A DNA stretch of 64,000 nt from Marsupella aquatica (lineage: Eukaryota; Plantae; Marchantiophyta). The position numbers and the translations under genes are program-made. The notes beneath the pieces were generated by a model that ran no database searches, was not told the DNA's origin, and worked only from the letters and a program-made list of their open reading frames with translations. Numbering within the stretch: the stretch's first letter is position 1; each line of letters opens with the position of its first letter. The DNA lies in assembly GCA_973895155.1 (NCBI GenBank), contig OZ316892.1, forward strand, positions 11,906,238 to 11,970,237. Direction: 5' to 3'. Shown piece after piece: positions 52,625-64,000 of the stretch.

Positions 52625-53285
52625 TAAGTCCTTTGGCCTTAGCCCCAAGTTAACGGCCCTAAGAGTACTTTTTTATGTTTGAAGGGGAAATCGCTCATGA
52701 GGAAGGGAGAGGCTTTTGCAACACGTAGTAGACTAGTAGGGGAAACCCCATTTTATTATCGCTACAAAATAAGTCCTTTGGCCCCAAGTTAACGGCCATA
52801 AGAGTACTTTTTTTTCACTTTTGAAGGGGAAATCGCTCTTGAGGAAGGTGCTTTTGCAGCACGTAGTAGGGGAAACACCATTCTAATAATTTTTCATATA
52901 TACTAGCCCGAATATCTGTCTTGTGCGCAAGGAAGGTTCGTGATGCCCAGACTGTCATGCCCCATCTCAACTTATAAGCATAGTCTAAGAATCCAAAAAA
53001 TTGTTACCATACACACGATGGTATGTTTTCACTCTGAATAGGTCATGAAAGGTAAATTTGACTCACCAATTATAGCATGGATTCTTTGGGCCCCAAACTA
53101 AGGGTCCCAAAAGTTCATGGTCATTTGAAGTTTGAATTTTGAAGGGGGAAATCTCTCATCAGTAAGCTGAGTAGCTGGGTTGCACCTTGTACTTAGGGAA
53201 AACCCCATTTCAATGCTATTTCATTTCAATTCTTTGGCCTCCCAAATTAACAGCCAGAAAGAGTTTGGTTGATGGGAAATCACTT
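52625..53285 (+). repeat. ~140-bp unit in two adjacent copies plus diverged partial copies
   Basis: TAAGTCCTTTGGCC..CCCAAGTTAACGGCC.TAAGAGTACTTTT..GAAGGGGAAATCGCTC.TGAGGAAGG..GGGGAAAC.CCATT at ~52625 and ~52770; diverged copies at ~53083 and ~53230. Confidence 0.75.
52903..52940 (-). mobile_element. Helitron-like 3' end
   Basis: Minus strand: hairpin CTTGCGCACAAG, then a short spacer and GGGCTAG|T. Confidence 0.45.
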
Positions 53286-53692
53286 TAGAGCCATGCAATT
53301 TGGCTTCTGGTTTATGTTTTTGTATGTTTTGTAATCAGCTTTTAACTATATTGCCACTAAAGATATTTCCATTTACAATACTGTCACTGTTTGTATTGTG
53401 TTTCCAAATATGCCATGGTTTTTGTACATGATTACCATTGTTATGTTGGTGATGTCATCCATATACAAAACAGTGACCTATTTGTAAGATTTCACCCAAA
53501 ATTTGTGGTAGTATTGTCAATGGGAAAATCCTTAGTGGTAAAGTAGTGAAAACTTAATTTTGTAATTATAATTCTTACACCTACTATATGGGCCAAAAAG
53601 TTTACAAGCTCCATGTTACATCAAGGAAGAGAGCCTAACCCCATAATTTTTTGCAATGCAATCTGGTGCAAAACAATTATTCTCACAATTAT

Positions 53693-53994
53693 TGTTAGAC
53701 ATTTACTCTTAGGTCTAGAGTTTAGACTCTAGCCATAGTTAGGCTATTAACCAAAGTCATAGACTTGGTTAGGTTAGCTCATTGTTACAAAGCCACGTGT
53801 TAGAGAGATAAGGAAAGCTAGTTATGAGGAGACTTGGTATGACAGATATATAGGCCTAGAGTGCACCAAAACTCTTGTGTTCCTGTGAACTTTGTCTCAT
53901 CCAAAGTGGTCAAACCACACAACTCTATGTGTTGGACCACTTGTTTGTTGGATGGTCATATGCATGTTGTTGCGAATTTAGTCTTTACTCAATT
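53693..53994 (+). mobile_element. Diverged solo LTR related to 2458-2803
   Basis: Starts TGTTAG and shares GCTCATTGTTAC, CTTGGTATG, GGCCTAGAGTGCA, CTTGTGT and GTTGGATGGT in order with the reverse complement of 2458-2803. Flanks ATTAT/GTTAT (4/5). Confidence 0.7.
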
Positions 53995-55742
53995 GTTATG
54001 TAGTAAAATAATGCTAGTTCCAATCATGGTCGCCCTCAATGTTTTGGAGTGAAATAACAATAGTCCCATATCATGCTTGCCCTGCAATGTTAGCTCCACC
54101 CCAAAATTCATTCATTGTATATGCTGGTCTCAAATCATAGAATGCAACACGCTAAATAGTATCTATTCAAATTTAATTTATTGCTAAATAGTGTAAATGA
54201 TGCTCCTATACACAATAGAGAGAAACCACTCAACTGGGATGGACTAATAAGGAATATTCTTTAGCAATTTGAGTAAATGCAATCCATTTAAGTTGCAGAA
54301 GTCCATGGGAGTATTTTGGCAAACCAATAGCTCCATCCAGGCTTTCTATCTATTTCAGTTTAATTATTGGACTAAATAGTATAAATTTCAATTGTGCCTC
54401 TTACTACACTTGGTCTATAGTGCTGCATAATCAAATCTCAGATTGGCCATGTCTCAAATTGCCTATGATGGTGTAAATTTTTCTGATAGTTTTTCCTCTG
54501 TGAAGTGTAATGTATATAACAAAATTGTATAGTTGTCTCAACACAAGTTTCTCATGGTTTCTCTCATCCTTGTTGCATGACTTTCATGACCATCATTACG
54601 TTACATCCTTGAAGAATAACAAGAATATATACTGCTGCGATGACAGTTGTTATGACATGTTTATTTGTAGAGCCTGATTTTTTTAGTCTAATTCGTGGTT
54701 TATTTGGACAAGTGTAAGCTTTCTGGCTTGCTAGCACATGAGTAGGAACAACTAGGTACAGAGTGACATTTCATTTAGTAATAACTCCATTCAATATAAA
54801 ATTTGCTTTAAATTCAAGAATTTTACAAAGGGCCATAGTCTAGGCAAATATTAGACTTGGCAAAGGTGGGTGAAAAGGGACCCCCATCTATTAACTTTGA
54901 TATTTATGTTTAACATATATATATTAATATTAATATTTGTATATACTATTATGGAGTTATCCTCAAAATCCTATCATTATGCCTTACCACATAATGCTAC
55001 CTAGTTAAACTACATGAAATTGTAGGACCAATGGTGGCATTACTGACAGTTGAGTCTAGATCTAGACAATGTTTGTGTCATCTCTACTATAGGGAGGCAA
55101 GTTGTCATGCTTGCTGAGTTGTTGCACTTAATTGTGGTCCAGAGGGCAGGACTTTAGAGTAGAAGCACACACAACGCCACTGATAGAGATCACTCTACTT
55201 AGAGCGATCAAAAGTATTATTGGCACCATAGATCCACCGGGTCTAGCACTATCCTTCTCCTCATCTACAGTATTTGTTACTGGACTCATTACATGTCTTT
55301 TCATTGGTGGCCAACGCTCTTGGATGGTGACTCTGGGGTGTCTTGGTGCTGTGGCATCTGCTTGGCGTGTGCTCTGGCTCTGCTGCTTGGGTTCATTTTT
55401 CTTTGTGCTTGCCAGTCTTTGTTGCCGTGGCCTTTGCAATACATTGACTGCACTGTCATCTTTAAAAGTTAAAAAAGTGCAGTCACACCTAAGCTTGTAG
55501 TCCCTTGTGAGCATCAAAAGTATTTCATATCTGTGACAGCAGATATCAATGTTCGAGTTGGATACTCAAAAAAATGCAGATCAGGATGCATAGGAAACAC
55601 TTACTAGAGCATTCAAGGGTGTTAAGTAGTAGCTGGAGATCAAAGGAGTCGCCCTAGCCAATCCTCTCTATGGTAAGGTTTTTTGAACGAAGTCCCTCTG
55701 TGGAAATGAGGCAATGTGCAGTTGTTCCCCAACAAGAATATA

Positions 55743-55998
55743 CTAGCCCCGATTACCCGTTCTTTGAATGTGAATAGCTAACGGGGAGGACAGTTAAAAT
55801 GTCACCAAAATATATTCCTTATTCACATTTTTTGAAAGTTAATGAAATAATAAAAAATTCATCGCTCTAGAAACTTAGGCCCTAACTCTACCTTGTAGTT
55901 CATCCAAAATATATTCCTTATTCACATTCAGGTTAATGAAATGATAAAAAAAAACCTATCACTCTAGAAACCTTGTCCCCAACTCTAGCTTGTAGTTG
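55743..55998 (-). mobile_element. Truncated non-autonomous Helitron-like element, same family as 60153-60522
   Basis: Minus-strand CCCGTT...AACGGG hairpin followed by CTAG|T; sequence shared with 60153-60522; internal duplication. Confidence 0.6.
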
Positions 55999-56911
55999 AT
56001 GGTTTACAAGTGAGATCATTGCACAGCTGATGGTTTACAAGTGAGATCATTGCACAGCAGGAATGAGTAGAGCATAGCTGAGGCTGAGAACCGACCATGC
56101 AGCTTCAAAGCAGAGCACAAAACCTTCAGAACATGAGCCAAAGTGAGCAGAAACAGCCAAAGCAATTAGCAAACAGCCCTATCGACTGAAGCCAAAAACG
56201 AGCATCAAAATGAGTACGAGCCAAAAGAGGTTGAACTGACAGCACCGAAGGCACAGCCGAGGCTGAAATAGCTCACATTGGCCAGAGAACTGAAATAGGA
56301 GAACACAGTTGAGGGCAAGACGACTTTTAGCAAACGAATGATCAGACCTCTACAACAGCGAGCGCTCCAGACATACGTCGAGCAGCACTCTATGCAGCTG
56401 TTTTCTATCAAGACCTCAAAAAGTGCACAGCAGCCCTCCCAACAGACCACTCTCCACAGCAACGAGACCTCCATCAAACACCGCAAACAAGGCCCCCAAC
56501 GAGCTCGCAACCCAAAGAGCACATATACCCTACCACCAACACAGCAACAAGCCCCGACCGCAACATCGAGCCCCCTGAAGAGAGCAGGATTATTGAGCTT
56601 GGAGGGCCCCACCAGCATACAGCAGAAGGCAGCACAAGTGCCTCCGCTAATACACTGCCTTAATTTAACTCACGAGGGCAGTGAGACTTTGGCAGCGAGA
56701 GTGGCAGCGAGGGCTGCAGCGTAGAGTGGCACCGAGGGCTGCAGCGAGGTCATTGGCTCGGGCTCGCTCCCTGCCTCCAGCGCTGTAGAAACAGGGGAGA
56801 AACCCCTTGACACCAAAGAGCCAAAATCTAGACGAGAGACGGTGAATCTGATCATTCCGGGTTCGTGTTAAGAGTAGAGCAGATTATCAATCTTCTCCCT
56901 GCTCGCGCTCC

Positions 56912-57535
56912 ATGGCGGTCGCCTCTCTCGTCGCCGTTGGCTCCCCCGCACTCGCCGGAACGTCTCGTACCACCATTATCTCTAGGGATTCCTCACAGAA
57001 GAAACCATCGTCATGGGCCGTTCTCCAGTTCCAGCTGCAATGTTCTCTTCGTTGCAGAAGTGAGAGCAGCAGCGGCAGCTCCAAGCATCCTCGCCGGTGG
57101 CATTTGAGCAAAGCTGGAGCCAAAGCGGTGCATTCTAGGAGTTCGAGGGCGAAGACGAGGATTCGAGCTGTAGAAGGTGATGAGGACCTTCAGGTGGACC
57201 TCAATGTGCAACGCAAGAGGCCACTAAGACCGGTGGTGGAGCGGTTCAACATTCACCACGAGAAGAACGTGAGCGAGGAGCGGCTGAAGGAGCTGGGAGT
57301 GAGCCGATGGTCGAAATGGGACTGCGGCCCCTGCGTGACCACTTTTTGGAAGTGGAAAGTTGACGAACTGGTGTATATCTCCAAAGGAAGCGTCGAGGTG
57401 GTCCCTGACGGCTGTCAAGACGAGGCCGTTTTCTATGCTGGCGATTTGGTGCGCTTCCCAAAGTGGTTCGAGGCCTCCTTGACCTTCGACGAAGATTATG
57501 AGCAGTACTACAAATTCTTCGCTTATGGTGATTGA
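56912..57535 (+). CDS. Intronless RmlC-like cupin (cupin_3/DUF861) with probable plastid transit peptide
   Basis: SEERLKELGVSRWSKW..W..DELVYI.KG.VEV.PDG....F.AGDLV.FPK motif after a Ser/Arg-rich N-terminus. Confidence 0.88.
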   Translation: MAVASLVAVGSPALAGTSRTTIISRDSSQKKPSSWAVLQFQLQCSLRCRSESSSGSSKHPRRWHLSKAGAKAVHSRSSRAKTRIRAVEGDEDLQVDLNVQRKRPLRPVVERFNIHHEKNVSEERLKELGVSRWSKWDCGPCVTTFWKWKVDELVYISKGSVEVVPDGCQDEAVFYAGDLVRFPKWFEASLTFDEDYEQYYKFFAYGD

Positions 57536-59038
57536 TTGGTTGATTGCCGACATCCCTTCAGCCATAGAGTAGATGCAGACATCCGTAGAAGATCTTCATC
57601 ATTAGGATGGATCAATTGTCCGTTTTTATGGATATTCATTAGAAATAGAGAGAGGGTTTTAGCAGGGTTTAGGATTCAGTGGGTTTTACAACCATTTCTT
57701 GCTCGGGCACTGGGCAAATCTCATAGGAGAGTACTGTAATTCAATTCTCCAGGACCTTCCGTGATCAAGCTCGCAGGATACACATAGGAGCGGAACGGTT
57801 TATTGAATTTGCAGACCCGTGTCGGATCAATGGACCAAGCCAATATTTTATGTAGGTCGTGACATGTAGATCCACGGAGGTGAGTTTATAGATTTCAAAA
57901 CCACCTTGGATCGAACTGCTTAGCTTGCCCAATCAGGGTAGATTTCAGACCATTACAGTACGCAACTAGGTTGTGGCCCATTGTCAGTAATCTCGTCTTG
58001 CCTCTTGTCAATTTTAGCTCATTCAATTTCGATTCTTTTCGTTTGATCTTTTCATAAAAACAGGGAGAATGGAAGTGGACACCTGAGAAGAGTATAAGGA
58101 AGGAGCATTTAAATTCTCCACTAGCTGTCAGGATGCGACTAACTGAACTAGATTGTTATTGCATCGGACTTATGTGTACTCGAAACACTCAAATTGCCAA
58201 GGTTGAAGAATCCATGGGCGTACCCTATATATCGATCTCAGTACCACCACAGTAGATAGATCGGTTCCAAGCGACAACGTTTTGTGGGAGCCCAATGCGC
58301 AGGTTTGTTTGTAAATTTACATCAAAAGCTGCCCTTCATCTAAAATTTGTTGGGGCCGGAGAGCATAACTAAAATTTGAAACTTGGGTGGAGTCCTGGTA
58401 CACATAACATGATTGTTCAAATATGTCCTCGATGCAGGCAGCTATCGTAGATGGCCATTTCTATCCTTGCTGAAGTGACTTACTACCGAGCTTGCTACTC
58501 ATGCAATACTCCAAAGTCCAGGGGTCCTTTTGTCGATCAATCTTTCGTATCGATTGCTGTGTTGTGTGCTTCTTCCACTCCGTAAATTCGCAAATTTCCA
58601 TCGATGCGAAGGCTTACACTTTCTAGCTGGCCGAAGCTAGCTGGCATGGCTGTTGTAGCTATTTGAGCCACTTGGAAATCATAAGTCTTGGGTACAAATG
58701 TTCTAAGAGGCACAATTGAAATTTATGAATTGTAGTATCTGGAATTTAGATCTCATGGTTAATGGCCCGGTTGGTAAGCCTCGTTCTGGGTGAGGGCCGT
58801 TTCATTAAAACGCCTGGGTCGCTTCTACTTCCTGCCGTCTCTGTCTTCCGCTCTGTAAGGTCATTCTTTGCTGTCCCGATCCTTCCTTCAATTAGTGTAA
58901 ATCGATAATCTTAAATGAACTAATTCGGATCCCCCCCTCTTATGGCGAATTCAGTCTTTCTTCTCTATTGACTTCGGTTCTTCATCGAATTGCTGGCATC
59001 TATTGTCAATCCACCATAGCTTTTCCTTCTCGATTTGG

Positions 59039-59253
59039 TAGAGTCGAACGGCTGATAACGTGTTAGATTACAAGGGACACCATAGCCAAATGTGTGAGTG
59101 ATGAATGGAATTTCCAACTGCTACGTCTCCTTCCTTGGTGTCTTTAGAGTCGAAGGTGCTGATAACGTGTTAGATTACACGGGATACCATAGCCAAATGT
59201 GTGAGTGATGAATGGAATTTCCAACTGCTACGTCTCCTTCCTTGGTGTCTTTA
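59039..59253 (+). repeat. Near-perfect ~107-bp tandem duplication
   Basis: TAGAGTCGAA..GCTGATAACGTGTTAGATTACA...CCTTCCTTGGTGTCTTTA occurs twice in a row. Confidence 0.9.
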
Positions 59254-60152
59254 TATATATGTATGATACAAAAAGGTCGTCATGGTATGTAACCAAGGGT
59301 TAGGTTAACCTTGCGTTATTAGGTAACTAGACTAGTATATCATAACAAAGATGACACTTACTTGGTCTATGGAGACCTGGAGGCTTGTTATTAGTCCAAG
59401 CTACCCCCAACCTTAAAATTGGGGGAATGAAAGAATCAAATTGGGATAGTTTTTGCTTGTAGATAATAGTTGACACCTGTATTGTGGGGGAATCTGGTCC
59501 AGGGTGAAGGTACAGTTGGAGGGGGTTAGCTTGAGCAAATCACATGCTCCATGAGTCCACAAACCAATTGCTTATCATCTCAGGTTACTCTAGTCAAGTA
59601 GAGTCATTCCTTATGCCAAACGTCGACCACAAAATGGGCCGGCAACTTTTTATCAGAAGTACTGAACATGGTATTGTCAACAGTTTTGCAATCATATTAG
59701 CACAACATGAATGTCACAAACCTTAGCGTTCATTAGGGCATCTCAATAGTCGACCATACCAGGATAAGGTCTTCCCCAATCTCAAGAGTTATGGGAACTC
59801 TTGTAAAAGCTATGAGAGCTAATCTTTGGCTAGCCTAAGGGCTAAGTTCCATGGGGCTGGGAGTGAGGAGTGCACATGTGTGTCAGCATGTTTGAGCCAA
59901 TAAGATCACAGCTTTTCCAGGGAGTGAGGAGTGTACAAGAGTGTACAAATATGATAGTAGGGAGTATGATTTTCCCTCACACTCCTTGTTAAACTCAAAG
60001 GGCACCCCCTGCCCTCTGTATAGTGATAGTAAAGTGCATTCTCATTGGCTCTAAAATCAAAGCCCGTGAGCTCAATCTTTCCTGCAAAAAGTCATGGACT
60101 ATGAATTTGATAGTGACTAATGATAATCGCATAAGACCAATCTTTATAAATA

Positions 60153-60522
60153 CTAGCCCCTACTACACTTCTTTGAACGTGAATAGCAGGGAGAACAATA
60201 AAAATGTTACCAAAATATATCTTCTTTCTTCACATTTTTTGAAGGTTTTTATCATTTTAATAATCATACATAACATACCATACTCTTTTCTATTCACATC
60301 CCTCTTTCTATGAGATACATGTTATGGTGAGGTCATAGAGCTCATTTTGTAATATAGATAAAAATCATGACAAAAAACATGCATGCATATCATTTAACAT
60401 CCATCATCATATAGTCATGAGTTTTCTCATCCACATGATGAGCCATTGAATTATGATCTAGAGACTTCACTCTAGAAGCTAAACCCCAACTCTAGTTTGT
60501 AGTTGGGGCTTTATAAATAAGA
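60153..60522 (-). mobile_element. Complete short non-autonomous Helitron-like element (370 bp)
   Basis: Minus strand begins A|TC (TCTTATTTATAA) and ends CTAG|T, i.e. inserted between A and T with no TSD; second family member at 55743. Confidence 0.65.
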
Positions 60523-60640
60523 TGAAAAATTGTAAAATTGTGAAATATGAATTTGGTAGTAGTTAACTTTGTATGATCAAATTTTTGGCTTTGGGAAGCC
60601 CTACTGTGACCACAATCCCTTGGTCCCCCTTGGTCCAGAT

Positions 60641-60721
60641 CACTACAGAGTAAGTGATTTCGAAGACCATCTTCGGGCCCCCCTCACTACAGAGTAAGTG
60701 ATTTCGAAGACCATCTTCGGG
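60641..60721 (+). repeat. 37-bp direct repeat upstream of the RCC1 gene
   Basis: CACTACAGAGTAAGTGATTTCGAAGACCATCTTCGGG at 60641 and 60685. Confidence 0.9.
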
Positions 60722-60943
60722 TGGGATAGTAAAATTCTGTTGCAGCAAAACAGAGCGCGAAGAACACAGAAATTCTTCTTCCACGAGTCACGGTATGGGA
60801 TCGATCGGAGAAATGGGAAAGAATGAGTCTCCGTGAATTTGGAGTGGTCCTACGCTCCTGAAAGAGAGCAGAAGCAGCAGCAGGAGTAGGTGAAAGAGAG
60901 AGAAGGCGTTTGCAAAGCGAGCGAGTGAGGGAAGAACAACAGG

Positions 60944-63900
60944 ATGTGGTGGCAGAGATCAGTACCAGTAGCACTACGCAGAATTCGAGCAGCAGCAGAG
61001 GGAAAGAGCAAGAGTTGGCAGCAGCAGGTGCGGAGGAAGCATTGGCTGGCAGTGTGGGGCAATGGCGATCAAGGCCGCTTGGGTCTGTCAACTGTCAATT
61101 CCCAATGGAAGCCGATGCTGTGCAGCTCTTTACAAGACCAGAACCCTGTCGCTGTCGCATGTGGTGGTGCTCATACGCTCGTGCTCACAGGTGCTTTGTT
61201 CCCCGATCAATCACCAATTAAGGGAATGATCTTGCAGCTGTGGTGAATTTTTTAACAAAGACTTGGAAATTCTCCCCTTTCATTCTAGAGAGGTCGTACA
61301 AAATTGTCTTGGCAAATGATCCGTTAATAGAGAAATTTTAGATTTGAATAGGCTCGGTGGCCAGTCATACGAGAGGAAATTTGCGTCTGTCTGAGAATTA
61401 CTGTTAGAGTTTACAACAATTTACCTTTCTCACACGCACTTGCTCCCTGGGTTCTTCTTTTCTATCTCTGCGCCCTTTTGTTTTTATTCGACGTGCAATG
61501 GTGGATCTTATGCGAAGACTGCATCAGAGTTGAATGTCATAACAGTCCAGCTGCAGGATTAACTAGAACGGCCTATCGTGATAATCTAGGTCCAGGTTCA
61601 CAATCTATCTCAGCTATTTACCCAATAACAACGTAAGTATTCTATCAGCAATTCCGTTTCATCAACGCGTTCCATGTTTCGACGGGGAGATTTCTTGTTC
61701 TGAATGTTTCTCACTGCATAACATTTTATCCTTTCCTCTAGGTCTGTGAATGCTCAATTTGTGTGATCTGTGGACAGATAAAGGTCGCGTATTTGCAATG
61801 GGTTTAAACGACCATGGTCAACTTGGATTGCCCTTTGACACACCGCATTGCTCGGTAGGTTGCGAAGTCGATGCTTTGTTCCTGTATTGTCATCTGCGGA
61901 CCGTCAAGTGATTTTACTTTCGATTATCGGAGATTGAATGTTTTAAATGTGAACTTTTGTGTTTGGAGAGTCCTTTGTGTGAAATTGTGCGTCAATACTG
62001 CATCGTTGAGAAAACCCAGGTGGAGTTTTCCTTGGCGAACTTTGACTAAAACAACCCAAAATTAAAGAAATTAACTTATTTAGGTGTGGTAAGCGTGATG
62101 TATTGAAGTGTTTGGCCATAACAAATATGATGGAATGTTTTGACCCCTGAGTTATCCTTTTGCAGAATCCTGTTGAGGTGGAGGGTCTTCCTAACAGCTG
62201 CGTGTTCATATCAGCTGGCTATCACCACTCTGCCGCAATCACTGGTATCCTCTTCAACCTGGTCCTCTGCATATGGACCAACTACTCCGTCTTCTCTTAC
62301 CTTTAGTAGATAGAAGAGTTCTTTTGCATCACTATTGTGAAAAGGCAACGCAGGTCTATGCACTACAGCTAGTCCTTCATTTGTCAGCTTTTCGTTAGTG
62401 GTGGCAAAAGAGTTTTTTTTATATTGAACCCTTCCATGCTCTTAGTCTGTACAGACTAATGACAGCATTGGATGGACTTCTAACCAGGATCCCTTCTATG
62501 GTGCTCAACGCATAAATAATAACCTGTTATTTAGTAGGGGCAGACAGGCCAGAATGTTCTCTTGGTATCCATGACCACCCTGTACTCTTAACTTCTCATT
62601 CGGTATTTCTACCGAACCAGAGTACTCAAAATTACCAGAGTACTCACTAAATGTTGAATGTTGATTCTTGTAGAGGATGGAGCTGTCTATGTCTGGGGAA
62701 GCAACTCACATGGTCAACTTGGCCTCGGAAAGAGTAAGTAAACGAGAATGACTTTCTGTCCATTAGAGACTTTTCTGTTGCTTGGATTCTGAGGCAGAGC
62801 TATCCTGCGATTTTGGTTTGCGCAGAGGCTCAAAGTAAGATATGGAGGACAAACAGAGTAGATGCTTTGAAGGACTTTCCGATTAAGATGCTAGCACTTG
62901 GATCTGAGCACTCTCTTGCTCTTACTGGTAAGCAAAGGGGAAGTTTCAATAACATGTTTAAGTCAGCACGTCAAAATTAAGCTTCGTGAAAATGTGCTTC
63001 TTGGAAATCGCGTACTATGCACTGCATTGTTGGGCTGCAAGCAAAAGTTTTTGTCATCTGGCCCATACGAGAGCTTTTCTCTCGTAGTGATTTGTCTGTA
63101 GTCATTTTTTCGTGGATTGACCTATTGCACTTGTTTTGTTTTTGGTCTTTTTTTTCTTGTGTTGGTTTGTTTGATGCGTTCCCTACAAGAGGATGGTGAG
63201 GTGCTGAGCTGGGGTTCTGGGCAACATGGACAGCTTGGACATGGCCAACCAAATGGACTATTTCATTACCTGCGAAATGCTAGGTCTGAATCATATGGTT
63301 GTAGTCGTAGAAGTGCATATTATTCAATATTGAAGAACTCCGTATTGGTTTTTGCGCAAAGCAGGGAATTGAGAGAACACACACTAATGGCTTCTTGAAG
63401 AGTCTTTTATGAATTATATCATTTCAGTCATTGCTTTCGTTCTGTCTTTAATTATTAACTTTTGACCATTGCCGTGCATTTCATGGGCACAATTGCTCGC
63501 ACCTTCCAGAAAAAGATTTTTGTCTAAAGTAAAGGTTGAGGAACAACAGACTAAGTTTTTTTTCTCTATGTGCAGCGAATATTATCCCAGGCTGATTGAC
63601 GGTCTCCGAGGAACCCAGGTGATTGCTCTGGTTCAAGAACGAATGAATTCACATCCCTGAAAATCGAATCAATCCTTCTTGAGCCGTCTCTTATTTTTAG
63701 TGCAGCCTTTAGTGAAGTGATATTAGGAACTCAACGAGAGACAAGAAACAGTCTGTCGGTCAGTTATTGTCTCACTCATCTATATTGGTTCAGTTTCGCT
63801 CGCATCTTTGTTTGTTTTTAGTAAGCTGTCATGGGACCAATTGTGCTCCCTGTACTCTGTGAATCTCCTAAGAACACGTTTCTTTACAAAGCTAGATTGT

Positions 63901-64000
63901 TGCACCCTTGCATCAAAGTTATGAACTCCCGCGTAGAGAACAGAGGATTATATGTTTCCTACATCGGTTATAATTGAACCGAAGATGTTCACATGCAGGT
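60944..64000 (+). CDS. RCC1/UVR8-family protein (RUG1-like), 3'-incomplete; exons 60944-61190, 61778-61854, 62166-62244, 62674-62733, 62826-62927, 63190-63283, 63576-63618, 63999->
   Basis: WGNGDQGRLGL..SQW.P..C, ACGGAHTL, GLNDHGQLG, SAGYHHSA, WGSNSHGQLG, ALGSEHSL and WGSGQHGQLGHG RCC1 repeats; basic N-terminus. Confidence 0.9.

Noticed and set aside
55128-56855. ORFs of 120-137 aa on both strands
   Set aside because: Low-complexity, strand-biased composition with no domain; probably TE-derived or non-coding.

Overview
Eukaryotic nuclear DNA from a land plant, probably a non-seed lineage (inferred from gene style and TE content). The left ~23 kb is a nest of transposable elements: solo LTRs, a 5'-truncated CRE/R2-type (RLE) non-LTR retrotransposon, a decayed Ty1/Copia element, and a ~10.2 kb TIR-bounded DNA transposon (7989-18173). 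That transposon has a ~1,500-codon P-element-like DDE transposase (D, D, DxxH, E), a Pol-lambda-type BRCT ORF, an EDM2-like multi-PHD ORF, and, 90 nt after the transposase stop, a G-quadruplex motif fused to a 59-nt D-armless mascRNA-like cloverleaf with a UUA anticodon-position triplet. The right ~41 kb holds five host genes (plastid pyruvate kinase alpha, an ABCC/MRP transporter, a MINDY-3-type deubiquitinase, a cupin_3 protein, a RUG1-like RCC1 protein), plus a MITE, short Helitron-like elements and local duplications. All homology calls come from motif recognition by eye; no searches were run.
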